A stretch of 64,000 nucleotides of DNA from Thermomicrobiales bacterium. Its GTDB lineage: Bacteria; Chloroflexota; Chloroflexia; Thermomicrobiales; UBA6265. Each line of letters opens with the position of its first letter. Positions within the stretch are counted from its first letter, which is position 1. A program made the position numbers and the translations under genes. This document shows positions 1 to 9,003 of the stretch, piece after piece. The notes below the pieces were generated by a model. It searched no databases, was not told where the DNA came from, and saw only the letters and a program-made list of their open reading frames with translations. The stretch is from positions 273,705-337,704 of the forward strand of contig JAGQGU010000001.1 in the NCBI GenBank assembly GCA_020432165.1, given 5' to 3'.

Positions 1-2
1 CC

Positions 3-524
3 ACGCGCATCGCCGAACAGGGAGCGGTTGTTACGGATTATCCGCCCGGCACCAAACCAGATCGCTTCAACTTCCCGCCACGTAATCGCATCATTAGCGG
101 ACTTTCGCTCGGAGTCGTGGTCATCGAGGCACCGGATCGATCGGGTGCGCTTCTCACCGTCAACTTTGCCGCGGAGCAGGGCAGGGATGCTTTCGCCGTA
201 CCAGGTCCAGTTGGTGCACCCGCCAGCGAAGGATGCCTGCGGATCATCCGCGAAGGCGCGACCATGGTTCGGGATGCTGCAGATGTGCTGGAGGATCTCC
301 ACATTCGTCGCAATACTGTCGCCTCTGAACCCGTGCAAACGACACTGCCAATCAGCGATGCGGATCGTCATTTGCTTGCTGTCTTGACATCGCAGCCTCA
401 GCATATCGATGACATTGCCGAGAAGATGGCGCGTTCAGTACCTGAGGTATCCGGCCATCTGATGATGCTGGAATTGCAGGGAATGGCGAAGTCCACTGGT
501 GCGGGATATTACATCCGCACTTGA
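3..524 (+). CDS. dprA: DNA-processing protein DprA/Smf, C-terminal part (5' end outside window)
   Basis: The ORF enters from the left edge with no start codon in the window. Its tail (VVIEAPDRSGALLTVNFAAEQGRDAFAVPGPVGAPASEGCLRIIREGATMV) matches the DprA Rossmann-like core, followed by a short winged-helix-like end. Confidence 0.75.
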   Translation, partial: TRIAEQGAVVTDYPPGTKPDRFNFPPRNRIISGLSLGVVVIEAPDRSGALLTVNFAAEQGRDAFAVPGPVGAPASEGCLRIIREGATMVRDAADVLEDLHIRRNTVASEPVQTTLPISDADRHLLAVLTSQPQHIDDIAEKMARSVPEVSGHLMMLELQGMAKSTGAGYYIRT

Positions 525-617
525 CATATCCGGAGTTCGCATTTCACTATCAATTTGACAGCATCGGCTACGCTACGAAACGGATGGCACTGCATCGTTG
601 ACTGACTGTGATTAACG

Positions 618-2897
618 ATGCTTCATAATGCATTGAATCATGGGATAACGTTATTTATGGCAACAGCAGCATCAGGCAAAGCGACGAAGAAGCCCGCGGC
701 AAAGAAAACCGCAGCCAAGACCCCCAGCGCCGGTCGAGGCAAATTGGTGATTGTGGAATCTCCCGCCAAGGCCAAGACGATCGGCAAGTATCTTGGTCGC
801 GGCTACACCGTTAAGGCGAGCATGGGTCATGTGCGCGATCTTCCCAAGAGCACGATGGGTGTCAATGTTGATGCCGATTTCGAGCCGAAGTATCTGGTAC
901 CGCGTGACAAGAGCAAGCTCGTTAAGGAACTGAAGAGTAGCGTCGCTGCCCATAAGGAAATTTACCTCGCAACCGACCCTGACCGCGAGGGCGAGGCTAT
1001 CGCGTGGCACCTGGTGGCAGCAACTGATGCCGAGAGCAAGCCCGTACACCGCGTGGTCTTCCACGAGATCACACCCGGTGCCGTGACAGCTGCGATGGAG
1101 CATCCGCGCGAGATTGATATGGATCTTGTGGATGCCCAGCAGGCGCGTCGTATTCTCGACCGTCTCGTTGGCTACAGCGTCAGCCCGTTGCTCTGGAAGA
1201 AGGTGAAGCGCGGACTGAGTGCTGGCCGTGTGCAATCGGCAGCTATGCGCATTGTGGTCGATCGTGAACGCGAGATTGAGGCTTTCCAGCCGGTCGAATA
1301 CTGGAGCCTGGACGCTGATCTCGCCAAGATCACCGATGGCAAGTCCACCAAACGCGATCAGTTCCGTGCTGCCATTCATCGTGTGCATGACAAGAAGGCG
1401 GAACTGGCCACCGGCGAGGAAGCATCGGTCATTGTCGATGCGCTTGATGGTGCCTATTGGCAGGTGCAATCCGTGCAACGACGACAAACCCGTCGTCGTC
1501 CGCAGGCTCCGTTCACCACCAGCACACTGCAGCAGGAAGCCTCGCGCAAGTTGGGTTATTCCGTGCGCCGAACTATGCAGATAGCGCAGGAACTCTATGA
1601 GGGTGTCGATCTCGGTGCGGAAGGAACGCAAGGCCTTATCACCTATATGCGTACCGATAGCACCAATATCAGCACGCAGGTACAGCACGAAACGCGTGAT
1701 GTGATTGCGGCCACCTTCGGCGCTGATTATGTGCCGGAGAAGTTGCCCTTCTATAAGAGTCGGGCCAAGGGCGCTCAGGAGGCGCACGAGGCGATTCGAC
1801 CCACCAACCCCGCCCGCGATCCGCAGTCGGTGAAGTCGATCCTTAGTGCCCCGCAGTTCAAGCTCTACAACCTTGTTTGGCAGCGCTACATGGCCAGTCA
1901 AATGGCTCCCGCGTTGCTGGATAGCACCCGGGCTGACATCGGTGCGGGTAAAGAGGTCGAGGTGAAGGCGGGGAATGCACCATTCATCTTCCGTGCTACC
2001 GGTAGCATCGTCACCTTCCAGGGATGGATGGCGGTCTACCAGACCGGTCGCGATGAGGGTGATACAGACGAACTGGATAAGGGGGCATTGCCCGAGCTGG
2101 CAGAGGGTGAGCCTCTGAACCTGTTGAAGCTTCTGCCGGAGCAGCACTTCACCCAGCCACCACCTCGCTACACCGAGGCCACACTGGTGAAGGCATTGGA
2201 AGAGCAGGGGATCGGGCGACCATCCACCTATGTGCCTACGATCGCGACCCTCCAGGCGCGAAACTATGTCACGCTGGAAGAGAAGAAGCTTGTTCCAACC
2301 GAACTTGGCTTTGTGGTGAACGATCTGCTTGTTGAGCACTTCCCGGATATCTTCGATATCAACTTCACCAGCCAGATGGAAGCGGAACTCGACGATATCG
2401 CCAGTGGAGAACGCGAGTGGGTGCCCACCCTGCAGGAGTTCTATCAGCCCTTCACGGCCACATTGAAGAACGCCGAACAGACGATGGAGAAGGTGAAGAT
2501 CCGCGACGAGCCGACCGACGAGGTTTGCGAGAAGTGCGGTAAGCCGATGGTGATCAAGCTCGGCAAATACGGCAAGTTCCTGGCCTGTAGTGGCTTCCCG
2601 GAATGTCGTAACTCCAAGCCGCTGCTGACCCGTATTGGTGTGGAGTGCCCGACCTGCCATCAGGGCGAGATCGTGGAGCGCCGTTCCAAGCGCGGTCGCA
2701 AGTTCTATGGCTGCGAACGCTATCCGGATTGCGACTTTGTCAGCTGGAACAAACCGATCGTTGAGCCTTGCCCGAACTGTGGTGGTGTGCTTGGTGAGAT
2801 CGGTCGCGGCGGTGAACGTGTCAAGTGCAACAGCTGCGGTTGGCAAGGCGAGAAGAGTATGGTTATGTCCGAGGCCGCTGCCACCGCGGAGGCCTAG
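618..2897 (+). CDS. topA: DNA topoisomerase I (type IA)
   Basis: 759-aa ORF with a TOPRIM start (KLVIVESPAKAKTIGKYLG), DPDREGEAIAWH, a catalytic-Tyr segment (GLITYMRTDS) and repeated C-terminal Cys4 zinc ribbons (CEKCGKPM..CSGFPEC, CPTCHQGE..CERYPDC, CPNCGG..CNSCG). ATG 657 is an alternative start. Confidence 0.95.
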   Translation: MLHNALNHGITLFMATAASGKATKKPAAKKTAAKTPSAGRGKLVIVESPAKAKTIGKYLGRGYTVKASMGHVRDLPKSTMGVNVDADFEPKYLVPRDKSKLVKELKSSVAAHKEIYLATDPDREGEAIAWHLVAATDAESKPVHRVVFHEITPGAVTAAMEHPREIDMDLVDAQQARRILDRLVGYSVSPLLWKKVKRGLSAGRVQSAAMRIVVDREREIEAFQPVEYWSLDADLAKITDGKSTKRDQFRAAIHRVHDKKAELATGEEASVIVDALDGAYWQVQSVQRRQTRRRPQAPFTTSTLQQEASRKLGYSVRRTMQIAQELYEGVDLGAEGTQGLITYMRTDSTNISTQVQHETRDVIAATFGADYVPEKLPFYKSRAKGAQEAHEAIRPTNPARDPQSVKSILSAPQFKLYNLVWQRYMASQMAPALLDSTRADIGAGKEVEVKAGNAPFIFRATGSIVTFQGWMAVYQTGRDEGDTDELDKGALPELAEGEPLNLLKLLPEQHFTQPPPRYTEATLVKALEEQGIGRPSTYVPTIATLQARNYVTLEEKKLVPTELGFVVNDLLVEHFPDIFDINFTSQMEAELDDIASGEREWVPTLQEFYQPFTATLKNAEQTMEKVKIRDEPTDEVCEKCGKPMVIKLGKYGKFLACSGFPECRNSKPLLTRIGVECPTCHQGEIVERRSKRGRKFYGCERYPDCDFVSWNKPIVEPCPNCGGVLGEIGRGGERVKCNSCGWQGEKSMVMSEAAATAEA

Positions 2898-3069
2898 ACA
2901 CCCAACAATCGGGTCCTGGATCGGATCATCCACCAGTTATCCATCGCCCGGTTTTCCCCACAGGAATCCGGGCGATTTTGGCGTACACTTCCAGTGGTTA
3001 TCGTGTGTTGTGCACGAGACATTCACTTGTATACAATTTCGATCTCAGGCTGGACTCGAAAGGGCACAC

Positions 3070-4032
3070 ATGGCACTCCCGCACGTACTTGGTGTTGATC
3101 TTGGTGGAACCAATATCCGCGTGGCGGTGCTGGATGCCGATGGCACGATCGATTTCACTGCGCGTACGCAAACGCACTCCGAGCAAGGTCCCGATGCCGT
3201 GATCGCGCGCATCGCCGATCTCATCGCCAAGGTCGCTGCCGATGCCAATATTGGTGCTGATATTCCGGTCGGTGTCGCTTCGCCTGGCCCCCTTAATCCA
3301 CGCACTGGTGTGGTGCACTACACCCCAAACCTGCCTGGCTGGCGTGATGTGCCACTGGTGCAGAAGCTGCAGAAGTTGACGGGTCGTCGCGTTGCTCTGG
3401 CGAACGACGGCAACTGCGCTGCACTTGGCGAGGTGCGTTTTGGTTCGGCCAAGGGCTGCGCCAATCTCGTCTATCTGGCCCTCGGTACGGGCATCGGTGG
3501 TGGTGTCGTCACTGAGGGCGTGCTCATTGATGGCAAGAACGGGCTTGGCGCGGAAATCGGGCACACGCTCGTTTCGCTGGATGGGCCCCGCTGCAGTTGT
3601 GGAGCTATTGGTTGCCTGGAAGCGTTTGCTTCCGGTTGGGCGATCCAGGCCGAGGCGATGAAAGTGGCGACCACAGCCGATGGCGATCGCCTGAAAGAGC
3701 TTGCAGGCGAGGGGCCGATTCACGCGGGTATCGTCGCCCGGGCCGCCGCGGAAGGGAATGCAGCGGCGATTGCTATTTTGGAGCGCGCCGGGCGTGCACT
3801 TGGGGCATCGATTGGTTCATTCATCAATATCTTCGATCCGGAGATGATCGTGATCGGTGGTGGTGTCGCTACGCTTGGTGAAGCATTGATGGGCACCGCC
3901 CGCAAGACGATTCCCCAATACTCATTCGTGGATATGCGCAAGGACGTGCCGGTGGTCTACTCGTCGCTCGGTGGAGAGACGGGCCTTTATGGTGCTGGTG
4001 CACTGGCGTTCATGACGTTCGATAAGGCGTAA
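3070..4032 (+). CDS. ROK-family glucokinase
   Basis: Internal ATG of the 2635..4032 ORF. It has the N-terminal LGVDLGGTNIRVAVLD ATP motif and the ROK Cys/His zinc motif (GHTLVSLDGPRCSCGAIGCLEA). The upstream part of the long ORF looks non-coding. Confidence 0.85.
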   Translation: MALPHVLGVDLGGTNIRVAVLDADGTIDFTARTQTHSEQGPDAVIARIADLIAKVAADANIGADIPVGVASPGPLNPRTGVVHYTPNLPGWRDVPLVQKLQKLTGRRVALANDGNCAALGEVRFGSAKGCANLVYLALGTGIGGGVVTEGVLIDGKNGLGAEIGHTLVSLDGPRCSCGAIGCLEAFASGWAIQAEAMKVATTADGDRLKELAGEGPIHAGIVARAAAEGNAAAIAILERAGRALGASIGSFINIFDPEMIVIGGGVATLGEALMGTARKTIPQYSFVDMRKDVPVVYSSLGGETGLYGAGALAFMTFDKA

Positions 4033-4113
4033 ACACCCAATCGACTTTGCAGCGAACGATCCCGGATGTACGATGACGCTAATTGACGTTCTCGTGCTAT
4101 CAGGGAGATTACT

Positions 4114-5037
4114 ATGACTGCGCATCCGGAATATCTGTGGCGAAACGGCGAACTCGTGAAGTGGGAGGACGCCACCATCCATCTCACCGATCTGGCCTGG
4201 GGTGCTGTCGGTGCGGTTTTTGAAGGTATTCGCGCATACACCACGGCAGATGGTCAGGGATTGAACGTATTTCGCTTGCCGGAACATATGCAGCGATTGC
4301 GAGATTCCTCGCGTCTTGTTCGTCTGCCGTTGTCCTATAGCGTGGATGACCTGATTGGCTTCACCATTGAGCTCCTGCGTGCCAACAATGTTCACGAGGA
4401 CACCTACATCTTTCCCCTGGTGCACATTGGTGGCGATCACGCCCAGCGCAACGATCCCCGATCGTTAGTGGCGGCCATGTATATGCGTCACAATCCCAGC
4501 GTCACACATCTTTGCACGGGTCTCGCTCACCATGCCCGCGTGAGTTCGTGGACGCGTATCAGCGATAACGTGATGCCGCCGCGTATCAAGAACATCTCCA
4601 ACTATCGCAATGGTCAGCTCGCGAATTACGAGGCCAAACTCGACGGGTACGACTCGGCGATTCTGCTCGGCCCGCAGGGGAAAGTTTCCGAAGCACCTGG
4701 TGCCTGCCTGATGATGGTCCGTCACGGCAAACTCATCACGCCGGACACCACTAGTGGCATTCTCGATAGCATCACCCGCAACGCGGTCATCACACTTGCC
4801 ACCGATCTCGGTATCGAAGTGGTTGAGCGAACCGTCGATCGCACAGAACTCTATTTGGCGGATGAGGTCTTCCTCTGCGGCACCGCCGCCGAGATCACCT
4901 CCATCACCCAGATCGATCACTTTGCCATCGGTAGCGGCGAAATGGGACCAGTTACCAGCCAGTTGGAGAGCCTGCTACTCAGCATCTTCCGCGGTGAGAA
5001 TGCCGACTATGCCCACTGGCTGACGCCGGTTTACTAG
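4114..5037 (+). CDS. ilvE: Class IV aminotransferase, branched-chain amino acid aminotransferase-like
   Basis: 307 aa. The length and sequence pattern (FEGIRAY.., ..NYRNGQLANYEAKLDGYDSAILL.., EVFLCGTAAEITSI) are typical of fold-type IV PLP aminotransferases. Confidence 0.75.
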   Translation: MTAHPEYLWRNGELVKWEDATIHLTDLAWGAVGAVFEGIRAYTTADGQGLNVFRLPEHMQRLRDSSRLVRLPLSYSVDDLIGFTIELLRANNVHEDTYIFPLVHIGGDHAQRNDPRSLVAAMYMRHNPSVTHLCTGLAHHARVSSWTRISDNVMPPRIKNISNYRNGQLANYEAKLDGYDSAILLGPQGKVSEAPGACLMMVRHGKLITPDTTSGILDSITRNAVITLATDLGIEVVERTVDRTELYLADEVFLCGTAAEITSITQIDHFAIGSGEMGPVTSQLESLLLSIFRGENADYAHWLTPVY

Positions 5038-5146
5038 CCACCCGGAACCAGCGGCGCGTTGCCAACGTATACTTTGCGAACGCACGGGCTCGGAGCTGCG
5101 CTCCATTGCGAAGTCGATCAGGACATCGCGCCGATCTGGAGGACTC

Positions 5147-6415
5147 ATGAAGAACTCAGTACTTTCAGGCAGTACGCTGAAGAGAGTTGGACTCAGCGCA
5201 TCGCTGGTTGGCACCCTCATGTTGGGTGCGGGGCTGGATCGTATCCTCGTTGGAGTTGGTGAAGCAAGTGATCGCTTCTCGGACGCCAGCAACTACAGCA
5301 TCATCGGTGAAACGTATGATGCCATTCGCGAAAACTATGTGCTTCAGGACGATTTCACGGACGAGCAACTCGTTTGGGGTGCCGCCAGCGGCATGATCGA
5401 TGCCCTTGGCGATACCGGGCATAGCACGTTCATGAATCCTGATGAGACGCAGGCATTCAATGAGAGCTCCGCCGGTGAATTTGTTGGTATCGGTATCAAC
5501 TACGACGCCAGCGGTGATCTCCCAATCGTGAACTACCCGATCAAGAACTCGCCCGCTGAGGCGGCTGGCGTTCTGCCCGGCGACACGTTGATCTCGGTCA
5601 ATGGTGTTGACCTGCGCGATCCGGAAGTCGATCAAGCTGAGGTACTGGATACCATTCGGGGTGAAGCAGGTACCACAGTAACACTGCAGTTCATTCACGC
5701 TGGTGAAACCGAACCGTATGAAGTGACAATTACGCGCGCGCCCATCACGGTTGATCCGGTACAGGTTGCGATGCTGCCGGGTAATGTGCTTTGGTTACGA
5801 CTCGAGCAATTCTCCGATGGTGCCAGCGATCGCATCGTGGCCGGTTTGGAGTGGGGCAAGGAGCAGGGTGCGACGAGCGTCGTTCTCGATCTTCGCGGGA
5901 ACCCGGGTGGCTACATTGTTGAAGCCATGGCTATCGCCGGTCAGTTCCTGCCCGCGGGAACACCACTCTATCAGGAGATGGACAATACTGGTGCCAAGCG
6001 TGTGGTCTCTACTACCACCACCGATGGCGCATATCTGGATGGTCCGCTCGTGGTGTTGATCGATGGCAATAGTGCCTCTGCCTCAGAGTTGACATCATCG
6101 GCATTGAAGGAAACAGGACGGGCCACACTCATCGGTGAGACAACGTTTGGCACCGGTACCGTGCTCCTTCCCTTCGACCTGAGCGATGGGTCGACCGCAC
6201 TGCTTGGTGTGGAGCTCTTCCTTACGGGCCAGGGCAACGACATCTATCACGTTGGTGTGGAGCCGAACGAGGAAGTGGCATTCTCGGATAACCCGAATGA
6301 TCGTCCGAGTATTCCGCGGACACTGGGCATTGATGAAGGTTCAATGACGCAGGCCGATTTCGATGCACTGGCCGATCCTCAACTCCACGCTGCTGTTGAG
6401 TTGCTTACCCAGTAA
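5147..6415 (+). CDS. S41 family C-terminal processing peptidase
   Basis: N-terminal hydrophobic anchor, a PDZ-like segment (PAEAAGVLPGDTLISVNG), and S41 motifs LDLRGNPGGY and LIDGNSASASE (Ser nucleophile region). Confidence 0.85.
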   Translation: MKNSVLSGSTLKRVGLSASLVGTLMLGAGLDRILVGVGEASDRFSDASNYSIIGETYDAIRENYVLQDDFTDEQLVWGAASGMIDALGDTGHSTFMNPDETQAFNESSAGEFVGIGINYDASGDLPIVNYPIKNSPAEAAGVLPGDTLISVNGVDLRDPEVDQAEVLDTIRGEAGTTVTLQFIHAGETEPYEVTITRAPITVDPVQVAMLPGNVLWLRLEQFSDGASDRIVAGLEWGKEQGATSVVLDLRGNPGGYIVEAMAIAGQFLPAGTPLYQEMDNTGAKRVVSTTTTDGAYLDGPLVVLIDGNSASASELTSSALKETGRATLIGETTFGTGTVLLPFDLSDGSTALLGVELFLTGQGNDIYHVGVEPNEEVAFSDNPNDRPSIPRTLGIDEGSMTQADFDALADPQLHAAVELLTQ

Positions 6416-6424
6416 TCCTTCATG

Positions 6425-6472
6425 AAGCCGTTCCGGATGCTATTATCACAATGCATCCGGAGCGGCTTTCCG
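6425..6472 (+). terminator. Hairpin after the S41 peptidase gene
   Basis: AAGCCGTTCCGGATGC (6425-6440) pairs with GCATCCGGAGCGGCTT (6453-6468) over 16 bp with one G-U. The loop is 12 nt and a short T-containing tail follows. Confidence 0.55.
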
Positions 6473-6573
6473 TTAATGAAACACCGGTGTGAGTACCCTC
6501 CTTTGGGCACACGAGCGTGTTGTGTGTCGAGCAAACGTCGCCCTGGCTCCTGGGGGAGCCTGACGAGGTGCAG

Positions 6574-6999
6574 ATGATTTCCGTCGAGAATATGCCCGAG
6601 CCTCTCGCCCGCTTATGGGAGTTCGCGCACCGCTTTCAGAAGTTCCTTGTTGTCGGTGCGATTGGTTTCGCGACGAACCAGGGATTTCTCTGGCTCTTTC
6701 ACGAGCAATTCGGGTTGGCTGTTCGATCAGCCTCTCCCATCGCCATTCTTATCTCCATGGCGGTCACGTACTATCTCAATGAAATCTGGACCTGGCACGA
6801 TCGGGGTGGGCCGAACTGGTTGCGACGGGCGCAATCGTACGTGCCGATCAATCTGGGTGGCCTCGCGATTAACTGGACGGTTCTTAACCTGCTTCACGAT
6901 CGTTGGGATGTTCACTATCTGTGGGCAAATGTCGCCGGTGCAGCGCTGGCGGCCATCTGGAATTTTGGTCTCAATAACGCGATCACCTGGCGCAAGTAG
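6574..6999 (+). CDS. GtrA-family membrane protein
   Basis: Small protein with four TM segments and the GtrA-like start FQKFLVVGAIGFATNQGFLWLF. ATG 6574 is preferred because GAGG lies 5 nt upstream. The ORF track begins at 6517. Confidence 0.7.
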   Translation: MISVENMPEPLARLWEFAHRFQKFLVVGAIGFATNQGFLWLFHEQFGLAVRSASPIAILISMAVTYYLNEIWTWHDRGGPNWLRRAQSYVPINLGGLAINWTVLNLLHDRWDVHYLWANVAGAALAAIWNFGLNNAITWRK

Positions 7000-7138
7000 C
7001 AGCAGCGCTGGCCACGCGCTATCATGAGCGCTGGCAGTAGGTGGTATAACCAACAAGGGAATACCCCGTATTCTGCGTCTTTGGCCGATATTCATTCGAC
7101 GCACCATCGCCACCACGCACGAGAGGACAGCACACGAC

Positions 7139-8623
7139 ATGGTTGATGCACAGAACGCATCCGCAAACGGCACACCAGGCAAGACAATAGTGATGGGCGC
7201 TGGACCCGCTGGTCTGTGCTCTGCCTATGTACTCAGCAAGGCTGGCGCACCGGTAACAGTGGTGGAATCCGCCCCCTTCGTTGGTGGTCTGGCCCGTACG
7301 ATCAAGCGCGAGACGGAGTTCGGCGAGTTCAAGTTCGATATTGGTGGCCACCGGTGGTTCACCAAGAACGACGAACTGAACGCGCTCTTTGAGGAGGTCG
7401 TTGCCGACGAACTCCTCTGGGTGAACCGCATTAGTCGCATTTACTTCGATGGCAAGTTCATCGATTATCCACTGAAGTTTAAGAGTGCGCTGACATCGCT
7501 CAACCCCATCACAGGCGCCCGTGCCGTTGCCGATTTTGGTATCAGCATGGCCAAGCGTCGTTTTACCGACGAAGACGAATTGGTTTCCATGGAGGATCGA
7601 TACGTCGATCAATACGGTCGCACCCTCTATGGACTTTTCTTCAAGAACTACTCGGAGAAGCTGTGGGGTCGCCCGTGCAGTGATATGAGTGGCGACTGGG
7701 TGAAGCAGCGCACCAAGGACATGAACCTGTGGACTGCGATCAAGGATGCGATCGTCCCCAGCAAGGGTGACGTTGTGAGCCTGATCGATGAGTTCATGTA
7801 TCCGCGTGACGGTTTTGGTCGTTTCAGCGAGCGCATGGCCGATGCTGTGGAAGCTGCTGGTAACGAGGTACTACTGAAGCATCCGGTCAAGAAGATCGTG
7901 CTGGATGGTAACCGCGTAAAGGGCCTGCTGGTGCAAACAGAGCAGGGCGAGGAACTGATGGAGGCGGAGAACTTTATTTCCTCCATTCCCCTGACAGTGC
8001 TCTGCAAGATCACGGATCCGCCGGCACCGCAGGATGTGCTTGATGCCGCAGATTTCCTCGATTTCCGCGATATCATCACCGTCAATATGATGTTCAAGAA
8101 GAAGCAGGTCACCACCGATACCTGGCTCTATGTGCATGACAAGAATATTCTCTTCGGACGATTCCACGAGCCGAAGAATTGGAGTCCTGCCATGGTGCCT
8201 TCGGATGAGTACACATCCCTGGTGGTCGAATACTTCTGCACCAAGGGTGATCATATCTGGAACATGACCGACGAGCAGTTGGTCAACCAGACGGTGAAGC
8301 ACCTGGTGGAAGATCTCCACTTTGTTAAGCCAGAAGAGGTCATTGGCGGGTTCACTCTGCGCGCGACCAAGGCGTATCCGGTCTACAACATCGGCTATGA
8401 GGAACCACTCGGCAAGATGAAGGATTACATCAAGTCGATTGAGAACCTCCAGTACATTGGTCGTGGTGGCTCCTTCCGCTACAACAACACCGATCACAGT
8501 ATCGAGACCGGTATGCTGGCTGCCAAGAACATCCTTGGTGCCCACTATGATCTGGAAGATGTGAACGCCGATCAGGAATACCACGAGATGAAGAAGAGTG
8601 TGACCCCGGCTCAGGTGGGCTAA
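7139..8623 (+). CDS. FAD-dependent oxidoreductase (amine-oxidase / UDP-galactopyranose-mutase-like fold)
   Basis: N-terminal dinucleotide-binding motif (VMGAGPAGLCSAYVLSKAGAPVTVVESAPFVGGLART) and a C-terminal GRGGSFRYNNTDHSIETG typical of this flavoprotein superfamily. Confidence 0.7.
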   Translation: MVDAQNASANGTPGKTIVMGAGPAGLCSAYVLSKAGAPVTVVESAPFVGGLARTIKRETEFGEFKFDIGGHRWFTKNDELNALFEEVVADELLWVNRISRIYFDGKFIDYPLKFKSALTSLNPITGARAVADFGISMAKRRFTDEDELVSMEDRYVDQYGRTLYGLFFKNYSEKLWGRPCSDMSGDWVKQRTKDMNLWTAIKDAIVPSKGDVVSLIDEFMYPRDGFGRFSERMADAVEAAGNEVLLKHPVKKIVLDGNRVKGLLVQTEQGEELMEAENFISSIPLTVLCKITDPPAPQDVLDAADFLDFRDIITVNMMFKKKQVTTDTWLYVHDKNILFGRFHEPKNWSPAMVPSDEYTSLVVEYFCTKGDHIWNMTDEQLVNQTVKHLVEDLHFVKPEEVIGGFTLRATKAYPVYNIGYEEPLGKMKDYIKSIENLQYIGRGGSFRYNNTDHSIETGMLAAKNILGAHYDLEDVNADQEYHEMKKSVTPAQVG

Positions 8624-8628
8624 CGCTC

Positions 8629-9003
8629 ATGGATACCTCGAATCCGACTGTGGAGACCACACAGACATCGGTGCATCCCATGCGCCTCATTGTTTTCGCG
8701 GTCATGGCAGTCGGATTCTTTGTCTGGGTCGCCTTCGGCACGATTCAGGCCCGTGTTTGGGTGCAGGGTCAGCTCAATCTGCTGGACCGCAGAATCGCGG
8801 CGATGTGGCAGTATCTGGGCAACAATCTTCCGCAAACGCCTGCTCCTGCGCTCTTTGAAATGATCTATTGGCTCTCGATCTCCTTCGTTGTGGTAGGGAC
8901 AATTATCGGACTGTGGCTCTTCCTCGGCACGCCGGACGATGATCCTCACGATGAATCGTGGGAAGCCATACACGCCGCTCACCTCGCCGATGACGCCCAG
9001 TAA
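8629..9003 (+). CDS. Small hypothetical membrane protein
   Basis: 124-aa ORF with two clear hydrophobic segments. It is tightly packed between the flavoprotein and the large membrane protein. No recognised domain. Confidence 0.5.
   Translation: MDTSNPTVETTQTSVHPMRLIVFAVMAVGFFVWVAFGTIQARVWVQGQLNLLDRRIAAMWQYLGNNLPQTPAPALFEMIYWLSISFVVVGTIIGLWLFLGTPDDDPHDESWEAIHAAHLADDAQ

Noticed and set aside
591-625. Hairpin GCATCGTT..AACGATGC and TTGACT/TTGACA hexamers upstream of topA
   Set aside because: The -10 partners are poor at the proper spacing, and the 8-bp stem is unremarkable. This is not enough to call a promoter or operator.
672-2933. 753-aa ORF on the minus strand
   Set aside because: It is exactly antisense to topA, whose product has unmistakable topoisomerase I motifs. 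The minus-strand translation is Arg/Leu/Gly-rich with no motifs. This is a typical GC-rich shadow ORF.
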